A stretch of 60,869 nt of DNA, counting the filler, from Hausera hauseri (taxonomy: Eukaryota), in NCBI GenBank assembly GCA_046269625.1. It is 12 parts of 12 records of this genome, joined end to end, with 100 filler letters (N's around TTAATTAATTAA, not from the genome) between each part and the next. Parts side by side here need not be neighbours in the genome. Positions count along the whole stretch, not along the records: positions 10,047 to 14,272 come from JBJURY010689660.1; positions 14,373 to 18,659 come from JBJURY010655886.1; positions 18,760 to 23,267 come from JBJURY010549230.1; 9 more parts are not named here. The stretch is one strand, 5' to 3'. Under the pieces are notes generated by a model. That model did no database searches and had not been told where the DNA came from. It saw nothing but the letters and a program-made list of their open reading frames with translations. How positions within the stretch are numbered: position 1 is the stretch's first letter; each line of letters starts with the position of its first letter. Position numbers and translations under genes: made by a program. This document shows, one piece after another, positions 11,694 through 23,225 of the stretch.

Positions 11694-12809
11694 TTATTGA
11701 CGACGCCGAAAATGTAACGTCAAATGTGTTGTTTACCCAAACAGAAATTTAATGGGTTCCCAAAATTCATCAAGCATATACAGGGGAAAACTGTGCACAA
11801 TAATGTTAGGTAATGATAAGTACATGGGTCTGAACATATTAACGTGACAGTTTCACCCGATGTTTTGTACGTGTCAGAATCCAGTTCGGTAGAAGCCAGT
11901 AGTTATTTACGTTCTCCACCAAGGAGTACGGATTCAGTTAAGTCCGTTAAAATGTTGATTTTATGAAATGTTCCATAGAGTTGTGGTTTTGTTCTTGGCA
12001 ACAATAGATCGTCCAACAATGTTTTGATAGAACTCGCGTTTTGAAAAACCCAGATTCTGAGCCAATAATTCATCAAAGGCAAAATATGTAACATTGTCAT
12101 GTAGTATAATCGAAATATGACCATTTGCGTTTATTTCAAATGTCTTTACGGGTAATGTAGCCGTTTTCTTGACGTATTCACACAATTTCAGTTTCCTTTC
12201 CATTAATAAATCATGTGGTATAATATATGAGCAGAAGACTGATTCTGACTTAGTCCACTTTACTATAATATCGGATTCCGCATTAGATGAAAGGTCCAAT
12301 GTTTCACCAATTATAACATGTCCACCTAGCCGTAGAGGTTTTGAGTGTACATTGTTTGATTGAAAACCCCATGCCTGAACATCAGCTATATAATTAAACT
12401 GCATTTCAATGAGATTTCGATGCATTAGCTTCATACGGTAGTTTGAAAAATAAGCATAAACCGAGAAATGTTTTAGCGAATAATTGCGAAGTGTATATCG
12501 GTTATTGTGTCGGATTGTCCGCAAACGACTTAAAATATGGTACGTTTCTTGTCGGGTAAAATAAATACCACTATTCTGACGTATTGTCATTGGTGAACAT
12601 GTAAATGTGAATTCCGTCAAAGCCACTTCCCAGGCTGTCTGGCGTAAATTGGCCGGTTGGTCCGAGTGTATGGTAGACTGTTTAGCGGTATTGTCATTGT
12701 CATCATGTTGTGATAATGATCTGTTACTATCAAGTACCGAGTAAATGCTGCTGCTACACACTGAATCTGTGATGCAAAAATCCAACTCGGTGCAGTGTAT
12801 CCATGCCAC
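11694..12809 (-). pseudogene. Polinton minor capsid (penton) copy 2, divergent tandem paralogue
   Basis: SIYSVLDSNRS..NTAK..WEVALTEFTF at the N-terminus. KINILTDLTESVLLGG, DPMYLSL, MLDEFWEPIKFLFG*TTHLTLHFRRRQ* at the C-terminus. Confidence 0.75.
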
Positions 12810-13069
12810 TTGACGAGATATTATTTATTCGAACCTTTGCCACGTGTGTGAGGATATAATCGACAACCGAAATTCTAAACTTAAATTAGAAACATTTTGA
12901 AATTTTATAAATTCGACCATGAATTTAAACTAAAAATGTAATATTAAAAGTATAATTTAAGTTTGGAATTTTCAAAAAGCTTGTTTCCACATGAGTATTT
13001 TGAAAACAATAAAATTTTCAACAACTGGTGTTACTTTGGAATGAGTAATTACAAACGATCAAATTCTGC

Positions 13070-14272
13070 TTTAGCGGATATGCCAGGCGGAGGGATTTTC
13101 CAACCCTAACCCAGCTGGGCGATGATGTGGACGGCGTGGATGCGCACGCGGCCTACAAGGCGACTTACGCCACAATGGACATTTTCGCGAACTAATTGTT
13201 GCCCAACAAATTCAGGAAAGGCGACGACGTACAGAAGTTCATTAAAGGATGTAAAAAATTCTTTAAATATATGAATACCCCGGCGGCGAAGCGGGAAATA
13301 ATGGTTGAATGCCTCTTGAAGGAAAAAGCACAATAAAGATACGAGGCAGTAGATGCGAAAATAACTGGATATCAAAACCGAATACGGTAGGCTTTCGCTC
13401 GATCCTCAAGGATGTGCGAAGATCTGAAAGATGCTCTAGAGTACAGAATGAATAGAGCAAAACCAGAGGCTTACTTCAAGGCAATAGAGAAACTGCTGGA
13501 TAAAATCATGAAACATGATCCTTCAGGAGAGGGTTTAAAAGAGGAACTATTGTTCCAATGTTGTAACAATAGAGAGATGAAAAGGGAAATATGCCTCAGT
13601 GACAAACGAGACGCACAAATCATAGAGCAGAAAATACGGAAGATACACAAAGTAAAGATTAAAACAGAAGAAGTCAACACGGTCAAGGAGTATCCAGAAA
13701 TCGGTAGAAGAAGCTACCAAGAAGTATCAGCACAAAATATCAGAAAACACTTTCCTAGAATCAAGACAACGCCAACTAGACCACCAAATGGTGGAGTAAA
13801 GTGATTAATACGTCAGAAGGAGGGACATAAGAGCAGAACTTGCACCACACAGGGACCGACAAAATGCGTTGGATGCGGAAAAGAAGGACATATAGACAGG
13901 CAGTGTCCCGAAAGAAAACCAATAAGGTGCTACGGATGTGGTCAGCTACGGCACATCAGACGAAATTGTGTAAACCTTAGCTGTGCAAGATGTCACCATA
14001 GAGGACATATCAAAAGGGAGTGCTACACCAGGCTGGAGGGGACAAGAGATTCAGGATGAGATACGTACAGAGTTCAAAGAAGGTACAGGGATAATATGTA
14101 CAGAAGATGAGGGGAAGTTGCAAACGTAGAGGAAGAAGAAACAGAATCGGGAGAGCAGTCAACTGCCCCAAAAGGAAGAGCCTCGATAGAAGTGAAGCAA
14201 ATCGGGGCACTACAATAGATTCAGGCTCCCAAAATATCGTTATGTATAATACTAGTAGTGAATCAAACAATA
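13070..14272 (+). mobile_element. gag: LTR retrotransposon gag fragment with four CCHC zinc knuckles
   Basis: 13802-14023: (C>*)LI(C>R)QKEGHKSRTC, CVGCGKEGHIDRQC, CYGCGQLRHIRRNC, CARCHHRGHIKREC, preceded by a helical ORF at 13412-13804. Confidence 0.8.
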
Positions 14273-14372
14273 NNNNNNNNNNNNNNNNNNNNNNNNNNNN
14301 NNNNNNNNNNNNNNNNTTAATTAATTAANNNNNNNNNNNNNNNNNNNNNNNNNNNNNNNNNNNNNNNNNNNN

Positions 14373-17300
14373 TTTTATCGAATAGTTCGTTGGTGAAGTT
14401 TCTCCCTCGATCCGTTAGTATCTTATTGGGCGGTCCGTATCTACAAATAATTTTCCTTATCACGGCTTCGGCTAACGTCTCTGCTTTCTGATAATACAGC
14501 TCCACTAACTCCACGAAGTGAGTTAAACGATCGACGCATGTCAGTATATATCTGTTATTTCTGTGCCTCATGGGTAATGGTCCTACGATGTCCATCGACA
14601 TAGCTTGCATAGATCTGTCTGGTAGAGTTATTGACTTTAGCTCTGCTATATAATTCCGCATTTTCCTTTGCTTAGTCGTGAATACTTCGCAAGCGCTTAC
14701 GCAATTTTTCACATCAATATATATACTAGGCCAATAGTATTTGTTCAGCGTCTTATCTAGCATCTTCTTCCAGGACATGTGCCCAACTAAATATAAATCA
14801 TGTTCGGCCATTAAAACCTCGGTTCGTAAGCTTTTGGGTATAGCCACTAATTTCCTTCATTTTCGTTTGTAATACAGTAGTTTTTCATTATTTGGAGACA
14901 CAATATTTATGTCCATATCGTTGTAAATGTTTCTTTAACTGGTGTCCTTTTGGCATTACGTCTGCTTCAGCGTATTCAATGATTTGTTGGGTAACCCGAT
15001 CCTTCTTTTGCTCGCTGGAGATTCTAAGTGCTCCATCTAACGGTAACGTTCATTGTCGGTCTACTAACTCTTCGAGTTGGTTTTTCTTCATCGTCATGAT
15101 CGCACATGTTTTTGTTTTTAGCCTTGACAACGCATCTGCGTCAACATGCTTCGCACCTGGCTTATATTGAAATTCGACATTATACCTCGAGATCTCTTCG
15201 ATTCACCTATTCAACCTACAAGTAAGGTTATTTGCTCGTTCCTTTAAAGTTGTAACGGCCTTGTAATCGGTAACTATTATTACCCTCTGTCCATATACGT
15301 AGACGTTAAAATGCCTCAAGGCTTCTTTTACTGCTAACGTTTCTAATTCCGTCACTGAATAATTTTTCTCCGCTTTCTTCAGGGCGCGTCTTCCGTAAGC
15401 GATTGGGTGTTCTAGTTCTTCGTCCTCGCGTTTCTGTGCCAATTCATATCCGATACCTTCTTTACTTGCGTCTGTTTTAGTAATAAACGGTAAGCTAAAT
15501 TCAGGGTATCTCAGTACTGGTTCGGTAGTTAATATCTTCTTTATTTCGCCGAACGCCTTGTGTTCAATAACGGTCCATCTCCATTTCGTTCCCTTTTTTA
15601 ATAATCGGTATAATGGCACATTGATTTTTGAGTCATCCGGTACGTAAGTAGCATTATATCAACATAGGCCTAACCAATGTCTCAATTCTTTCTGGTCCTG
15701 GGGTTCCATGCAGTCCGAAATCTTGTTCAACAATAATTTGTCCGGCTTTGATACTCCCTATCCAACTATACGGCCAAGGATACGGCGTTCTGGGCCCATT
15801 TGCATTTTTTCGGATTTAGTTTCAACCCAGCCTGTTCTAATCTCATAAGGGTATCCTCAATGTATTTTAGATGATCCTTTTCGTCTTTTGATGCGATCAT
15901 TACGACGTCTAAATACGCAAATGCGTGTTCGAGTCCCATTAGCATTTTATTTATCATCCTGGTAAATATGGCTGGTCCAGTGGTAATTCCAAATGGCATA
16001 ACATTAAATTTGTACACTCCATCATGGGTCTTGAATGCTGTTTTATAACGATCCTCATATTCGATCTCTACTTGCCAATATCCGAATTGTAAGTCCAGAG
16101 TGGTAAACCATTTTGCGCCTGACAGCCTATCTTGAGCCTCTTTCACAGATGGTAGGGGAAAGGAATCCTTTATCATGAGAGTGTTTAATGCACTATAATC
16201 GATACAAAATCGATGTTTTGTGGTACCTTTCTTTTTGACCATAAGAATAGGTGAATACCAAAATCGGAAACTCGGCCTAATTATATCGGCCTTTAACATT
16301 CGTTCCACCTCCTTGATCATCTCAGGTCTTAGAGAATGTGGTGGTGAGTACCATTTTGGTATTTTCTCCTCTTCGAGACCAATCTCGTCATTGGAAACAG
16401 GCTTTTTCTTAAAGTGGTATAGTCAACCTTAATGCTTTTGCTCGGCAAATGTCTTCTTCGTCCTTCGCAATAATTGACATATATCGACATAGTAATTCAT
16501 AAAATTGACAATAGACTTTTGGTGAAAATTTAGTATCGAAGTGTGGTGGAAATTCAGCGTATTTATAAGCTTTTTCTTCAACCGTTATAGCTGATACTTT
16601 GCAAGTATGTCCCATTGTAGTGTTGGCATATACTTTCACTGAAGTTTGAGCATTGTTCACTTTTCTTACCGGTATCCGACCAGATACTACTCTGGTTAAT
16701 ATATTGCTCAATATTATATTCGGATTTAGTGTTTCTTTCGGCTGAAAGTACACTGGTAGATCGTCGTATTGACAGATTTGTGCAAATATTAACAATTCCG
16801 TTTTAGGTGGAATGTTTTCGTCGCCCGGAATCCATACCTCTCCGGTTTCTCTTTCTTTATTAATCTTGGTTCCTTTCATAGATCCTAGTTTGATTAGCGT
16901 CGAGGTGTTTAAGTCAACTGCGACGTTTGGTAGACGTCTTGGTATATCACACCCTAACACTACGTCATCCGTTAAGTGTTTCATTATCGAACATTCGTGT
17001 TGGAATGTTTGTCCCACTATTTTAAGATTACGATTCCATTTAAATTTTAGTCTGGATTCCTGTCCGAAAGCTCCTATACTTCGTGGTCGGTTGCTAATTG
17101 CAATCGTAGTTGTCTTCGTAATGTCTTTGGTATTGATCCGTCCTTAATAAATGATTTCTTTGATCCGGTGCGTATACTTCTCAATCGTCAATACTATTTT
17201 GGGCCAAAGGTCTACCTTCTTTTATCTAAGGTTTTCTAACGACGGAAATCTTGTACCCATTTAAACTAATTTCCGGTATTTTATTTTTGGCTACTTGTCT
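14373..17300 (-). mobile_element. pol: Ty3/Gypsy pol (PR-RT-RH-INT), decayed, same family as 53841-57182
   Basis: RT RFCIDY, LDLQFGYWQV, MPFGIT, YLD. RNase H KTDASKEGIG, PIAYGRR, NYSVTELE. Integrase H..GH..YYWP..C, MDIVGPLP, CVDRLT, TDRGRNFT. Confidence 0.95.
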
Positions 17301-17519
17301 TTATTCCTCACTAGGATATAATCCATTATTTACGCCGTTTTCATCATCTCGTTCCGGTGTATTGATTAGTGGTTCTCGGTTATTTCGATTATATGAAGAT
17401 TGCATTCGTAAATTATCCCAAATTGACGATTTAGTTTCTATATACCGTGACATGCTTGGGGAGTATATCAGCTTGTGGTCCTCTACCGATTGGTGGCATA
17501 ATTCAGAATTTTCCTTACT

Positions 17520-18659
17520 TCAGTACATTTTTCGTAATGCACCGTACTGCTTCGTCCCTTCATAAGGATCTTCATAACTGAAAGGTTTTCGATAGATTTC
17601 CGAGTTGTAAGAGCTAATGGATCTCTTATCGCCGTCCTTGTATTGTGGTGCCAAAGGGGGCGGCATCGGCAAGGGCGGCCTAAGTGCCTTGTGATTGCAT
17701 ATCTTGGAAACCGCGTCTCCTCCCTTAGGCTCATCATCATCTGAATCGTTTCTTTGAAATTTCGTATTTCCTTGTCTTATGAAGAATATAGGTTTTTTCT
17801 TTCGTTTCCGATTATAGTAACCAACGAGTTTCTCAGCGTCGTTTTTCCATTTGTTTTCTTCATAAGCTTTCAAAAATTTCCCAAAAGACGTTTTAATTGC
17901 TGTGAGAATTTTACATAAAAATCCGGTTAGGGTAAATATTTCACAGCCATTTATAACGGATTTAATTACTGCTTTTATGAGCTGTACTAAAAAATAGATA
18001 GCCAAAAAATCCAGATGCAGCTTGTCCGAATATTAAAAATCTTCCCCAGATTTTATATAGTATTTCTGTAGTGACCCTTTGGTAATGATTAACGCCAAGC
18101 AGAGATCCCTTTATAATCATCTCTATTCTTCAAGTAATCTTCTATTCTCACATTTTGTGTTTCCGACGCGAAAGTGGTTATTTCAGCCTCTGCCACTAAG
18201 AACACTTCATAATTAGTGGCGTACATTACCACGTTACATCGGGAAAGCATTTGATTCTTAATAAACTTTAAACCATGATCCTTGGAGATCAGTATCGTGG
18301 GTGTGGATTGTTCGGCCACGTCCTTCCTTGACCTGGCATTATTGTCAGTTGTGTCCACATATCTTTTTCCCGTGGTTTCATTAAAATTTATTTCTTTTAT
18401 TCTAATGAAGTTACAATAGTTCATAAATTGTGGAATCCAAATAACTGTCGAGTTTCGGAAGGTGCAGGCACCATCTTGGATGTGACACTTCCGGTTTTCA
18501 ATATAGGTCTTCGTAACACTATGGAACATCACCTTTTGGTTCCCCATTTCTGTTTTATAGAAATCGACCACTCCTATTCCTCCTTCTTTTCCTTTTCCCG
18601 TATCGTATTCACCCCCGTTATAGTATCCGTTGTGCATATCTAGTTTCACAACTGCTACT
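17520..18659 (-). pseudogene. Chuvirus-like glycoprotein (internally deleted) with TM and cytoplasmic tail, upstream of pol
   Basis: ENRKCHIQDGACTF..VIWIP..CNFI, SRCNVVMYATNY, IWGRFLIFGQAASGF, AIYFLVQLIKAVI; colinear with 57275-59450. Confidence 0.78.
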
Positions 18660-18759
18660 NNNNNNNNNNNNNNNNNNNNNNNNNNNNNNNNNNNNNNNNN
18701 NNNTTAATTAATTAANNNNNNNNNNNNNNNNNNNNNNNNNNNNNNNNNNNNNNNNNNNN

Positions 18760-19852
18760 TTCCTTGGGAATTATTAACAGTTTCTTTAAGGGCTTCTCGA
18801 TCAGAAACTTGACCTGATGCAGTTGGTTGTTGTTGAAGACGATGCTGCTGTTGCTGGATCTGAAAGTGATGATGAGGATGAAAGAAATGATGTATAGGGG
18901 TTGACGGATGCTGTTTTTGTTGTTGGCACTGTTGGTTTTGCTGCTGTTGAAGCTGATGATGCTGATGATGATTACGACGATCTGGTTGCTGTGGTGGAGA
19001 ATTAGATTCTGTTGCAATCGATGATTGAGCATTATTGACAGCTGATTGTTTATCACTTAAAACTTTGCTGACAGCATTATCAATAGCTTTGCTGACCGCA
19101 TGAGCTAATTCCGCTTTCAGAGCTACTGCAATTTTAGTCAGATCCGCTGGCGGAAGTTTTGACTGGTCTTCCGGTGCTGGCGCTGGCTCGCATCGCGCAT
19201 GGGAAGCTTTAGGTATATTTTTCAAAATGGCAGCCATTGGATCCAGACTAGGCCTAACACTAAATGTGTTCTGTGTGAAAAAGTTATCCCTATAAAGCTG
19301 CGGATCAAATCCATTGTGAAATGGTGGAATAAAATCCTTATCCCCAACATTATAATACATGCCATTACGAAACAAAGCATTTGTTCCAAAGAAACCGTTC
19401 ACGTTGTGTATATCGCCTAAAATATCCTCATTATTAACAGCCTCTTCGTCGTTTTTATCATTAAAACTATGGTTGTGCTTGTACTTAATATTGCTGCATT
19501 CATTTCTATGTTCTGTCCTGCTGTTGTCGTGTTGCTGAGGCTGTGTCTGCTTTCTCTTTTGTTTCTTGCTGCCTTCACTGCTTGGCGAGACTCTGTTAAT
19601 CATTTCATACCCGTTGTCAACCTGCAGTGGTGATCTCATGCCGAGAATATGCCCAACCCTGGGTCGTTTGGAAACACCACACAGGGGACTATTTGGTTTA
19701 CTTCCCTCACAGTCAGTCAGATCGTCATCACAACTATCGTCTTCAACAATCCCTCTTCCTTCTTCGTCCTCTACTTCTCTTTATTCCGACTCATCTTCAC
19801 ACGACACAACACCTACATCAAAATCTACCAATTTTTTCCCCAACCTTAATCT
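18760..19852 (-). pseudogene. pros: prospero/Prox-family N-terminal coding exon (one in-frame TAA at 19781-19783), cut by contig end
   Basis: SKRPRVGHILGMRSP resembles the Prox KRARVENI..M motif. KRKQTQPQQHD resembles KRK..PQQH. ALKAELAHAVSKAIDNAVSKV resembles LKQEL..AMSQVVDTVVKV. Q/H-rich tract; candidate acceptor TTTGCAG ending at 19853. Confidence 0.7.
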
Positions 19853-20169
19853 CTGCAAACAAACACATCGCATACAAACACAACATGCAGAATCATATTC
19901 AGCAAGTATAGCAGGGAAAATCAGCGAAGGTTTCAACGTCTTATTCACACTAAGCTCAACTAACACAAACACTTTTCGTTTTGCGATTTTTTCTCTCTAT
20001 CATTTTACCCTTCATAGTTTTAACTTTGCCACGGGGGCTGATGTGCTGCCCGAGTCGACGTCGCCCTCTGGCCCATTAGGTTGGGCACGGCGGGCTTCCG
20101 CTGCCGGCGCTTCGGGCACATAGGCAGGCCCAGATTTTCAGTCTTGAAAACGACAATGGATGCAATTAC

Positions 20170-20690
20170 CATGGACGATGTTCAATCCGAAATCATTAGA
20201 AATGGAATGGCATATTTTGAATCGAAATGTTTCATCAATCGAGACTTAGCAGCACGAAATATCTTAATAAATGAAAACCACGTGTGTAAAATAGCAGATT
20301 TTCGTTTAACACGAATCGCTCGTGGATCAGAAGATACATATAATACTCGGCAACGTGCAAAATTTCCAATTAAACAGACTGCTCGAGAGGCTGAGTTAAT
20401 GGGAAAATTCACAATAAAATCAGACGTTTGGTCGTACGGCATTGTATTGTACAAGATGATAACTCATGGTCAGACCTCGTTCCCTGCAATGAACAACACT
20501 CAGATCCTACACGAGGTAGAGAAAGGCTATAAAATGGCACGACCACAAACCTGTCCGCAGCAACTCTATCAAATCATGTTAGTGTTGGGAACAATTGCCA
20601 GAAAAGCGACCAACATTCAAAAGCCTCAGTCAGTTTTTCGAAGATTCGACCAGTATTAAAGATGGATATAGACCGACTAATCTAACATAA
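20170..20690 (+). pseudogene. Src/Frk-family tyrosine kinase C-lobe, intronless and inactivated
   Basis: GMAYFES..NRDLAARNIL..KIADFRL..AKFPIKQTARE..FTIKSDVWSYG. A frameshifted tail CWEQLPEKRPTF..DGYRPTNLT* carries the C-terminal Tyr. HRD>NRD, DFG>DFR, WTAPE>QTARE. Confidence 0.88.
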
Positions 20691-21113
20691 TTCAGATATC
20701 ATGAGATAAACCTATGGAAGTTATTTTGTGCCTTGGAAAATAACTTATAGATGTGATATATTACAAAAGTGCCTCCGCTGGAGACAACATACTGTTGATA
20801 ATATATATTCGCCTTGGAAAACGTCAGCAAATTGCAACTGTCACAACTTATGGCCATTTTGACAGTTTGCTTCCACAATTCATTGTTCTCTCCTCTCTCT
20901 CAATTCCATAAATGACAGGTTATTGGACAAAAATATCCCAGATAAATTGTTTCGTCATTCGAGTATGAATTTTATTATTTGTCTTACAAGCATGAGTGCA
21001 TTTCTATCGCTTTCTATTGGCACTATATTTTAGTTTTCATACAATTTTTGTATGTATTTCATATTGATATTTAATTGTAATTATCCGTAGGTTTTATATC
21101 TTAATCTGCATCA

Positions 21114-21518
21114 ATGCCATTGAATGACAATAATAGTATCAACGCAGTGGTTGAAGTCAACAAACGTTTAGATTGCTTGAGATCAACATTTCTGTATGAA
21201 GAAATAATGAACGAATTAGACAAAACTCGTTTGAATATTACCAATATTGAAAATGAAATCAAAACATATGAATCCAAATTTCAAATACTGAAAAAAAAAA
21301 ACTTTCGAACCATATTGAAAATTTGTCGACTGAAAGCAAATGATAAAGTACAAAGAAGCTCAACGAAATTTCATTCTGATATTTCTATTGAAAATCTGTC
21401 AGAGAAATCGTACGAGTGTAACGATTTGCGTGATTTTGTGAAATATGTGATGACATGTGATTCAAAGTCCGATTTGTATAAATTGCTTCAATTGGAAAAA
21501 TTTGATGGTGTGCAATAG
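21114..21518 (+). CDS. Hypothetical 134-aa protein, coiled-coil-like
   Basis: Open ATG-started ORF in AT-rich DNA with heptad-like L/I spacing; no recognised family. Confidence 0.3.
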   Translation: MPLNDNNSINAVVEVNKRLDCLRSTFLYEEIMNELDKTRLNITNIENEIKTYESKFQILKKKNFRTILKICRLKANDKVQRSSTKFHSDISIENLSEKSYECNDLRDFVKYVMTCDSKSDLYKLLQLEKFDGVQ

Positions 21519-21554
21519 AAATTATTTGTATTACTTCTATTATTTTTTGCTTAA

Positions 21555-23225
21555 CCCTGGAATTACCAAAACGGTCAATTGACATACAGAATTAGAGCAT
21601 GAACCGCAAACAAAAATTGAGCCGAGTTTACAGAAGTCCATTGTTTATTTCGAATGACATATACGACAAGTTGTACGCTTGTTTTCAGAAAGTTATGGTG
21701 CAACAGGAGTAGTCGATTTCAGGGTTGGAGGAGTTCCTGTAAATATTTCTGCTTGCTTTGACATGATATATACTCATTTAGGGCACATAACGACTTGAAA
21801 ATACAACTTTTGACCATCGGCGAGCAGTACTTTTGCTTGTGAAATGCGGACTGCTTCATTTCCAGTTAGAAAGTTAGAAAAATATAAATCAGATTTCGCC
21901 ATCTCTTCACTAAATTCCTTCGGTATTTCTTTTTGGATGGCTTTCATTGTACCAATAAGAGTAATATTCTGATTTTTCAATTCAATTGCTGTTCATAGAT
22001 TAGTAAAATAATTATCGGCAGCTAAATTTAATCCTCATCAAAAATATGGTTGCATTAATTTCATAACAAAATGATGCGCCGACCCTCTGTCAGGTCTGGG
22101 AATGGGAAATAACACATAATTCGTTTTTCAATAGCAGATTGCCGAAAATTTAATGCCAAATTTACCTGGCTTCATCGGTACATATATTGTAAAAAGCTGC
22201 ACCGACATTTTGTTGAAAACAACTGTTCATCTATGGTTACAAAGCCGTGAGGAAAATAACATTTTTGACAATTGTCCACAGCTTATTCCCACACCTTTAA
22301 CGAATAGCGCAAAACTTGTCATCCTGTTTTCTTGTGGCACGTGAAAATGTATCATCGAATCGCAAATGTTGCTCAATTCTCTGAAATCTAATTTGACACA
22401 TAGTATCAGTAAACATTGGTCTTCTATACTCCTTGTCCCAAAACTTTTACCCTTCAGGACGACCCTTGCAAGCGACAAACCAATATAAGCTTTAAGTCCG
22501 TCAACTGTCAGGCTGAAACTTTTATCATTTTGAACTGTAGATTCTGCTACAGTAAACTTAACGATACTGGAGAGGTTCTTATAATCGAATAACTCAAGAA
22601 ATACGTCTTCAACTTCCTGCACTCTTGCCATAATAAACCTTTGGGACCACCTTTTGGCCGAACTATATTGTACATCGGAACTCTTCCAACAAAATTGCCG
22701 ATTGATGCCTGCTTTGACCATTCAGTTCCATCTTTCCCTCTATGAAACGGATTTGAAATTCTTATTCTTAATATCAAAGGTGGAGCAGTACTTCCATCAC
22801 TGCTTGACTCAGTTTCCCGAATTGCCTCACTGTCCGTTTCACTTTCTGAACTACTAGTAACTTGTGGATAACTTTCATTCGATTAACTATCCACACTGTC
22901 ATTTTCTTTCTCATTTGAATCGGTCTCTGATGGCAAACGGTTAAAAGTTTCAGTCGCACAGAATCGCTTTTTGTAGTTGCTCGTTATAACCTGACAAAAT
23001 ATCACTGAAATGAAATGAAACTCACTATTGTTATGGAACCAAGTACATACACGACATGCTTAGTCATACAGATTTATTAAATAATTGCTAAATTATAACG
23101 TATCTTTACCATAACATGAGATTCTATGTATCTTAGCGCTTTTCAGATTGAAAAACTAATTTCGCTTGGTAATTACTACCAACTACAATTTCATCTTTTG
23201 ATTGACCGGTTTGGTATTTCTAGGT
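21555..23225 (-). mobile_element. piggyBac transposon, both ends present, decayed PGBD4-like transposase
   Basis: TTAA + CCCTGGAATTACCAAAACGGTCAAT (21555-21579) and the inverted copy ATTGACCGGTTTGGTATTTCTAGGT (23201-23225, 21/25 match) + ATAA. Transposase motifs TVDEQ, DNYFTN, ITLIGTMK and a C-terminal Cys cluster. Confidence 0.88.

Noticed and set aside
13070-18659. gag (13070-14272) and pol (14373-17300) as one element
   Set aside because: They are on opposite strands and separated by an artificial spacer.
20081-20659. Viral oncogene-like v-src or an intact 192-aa kinase
   Set aside because: No linked retroviral genes; the ORF start lies in the GC hairpin and catalytic motifs are destroyed.
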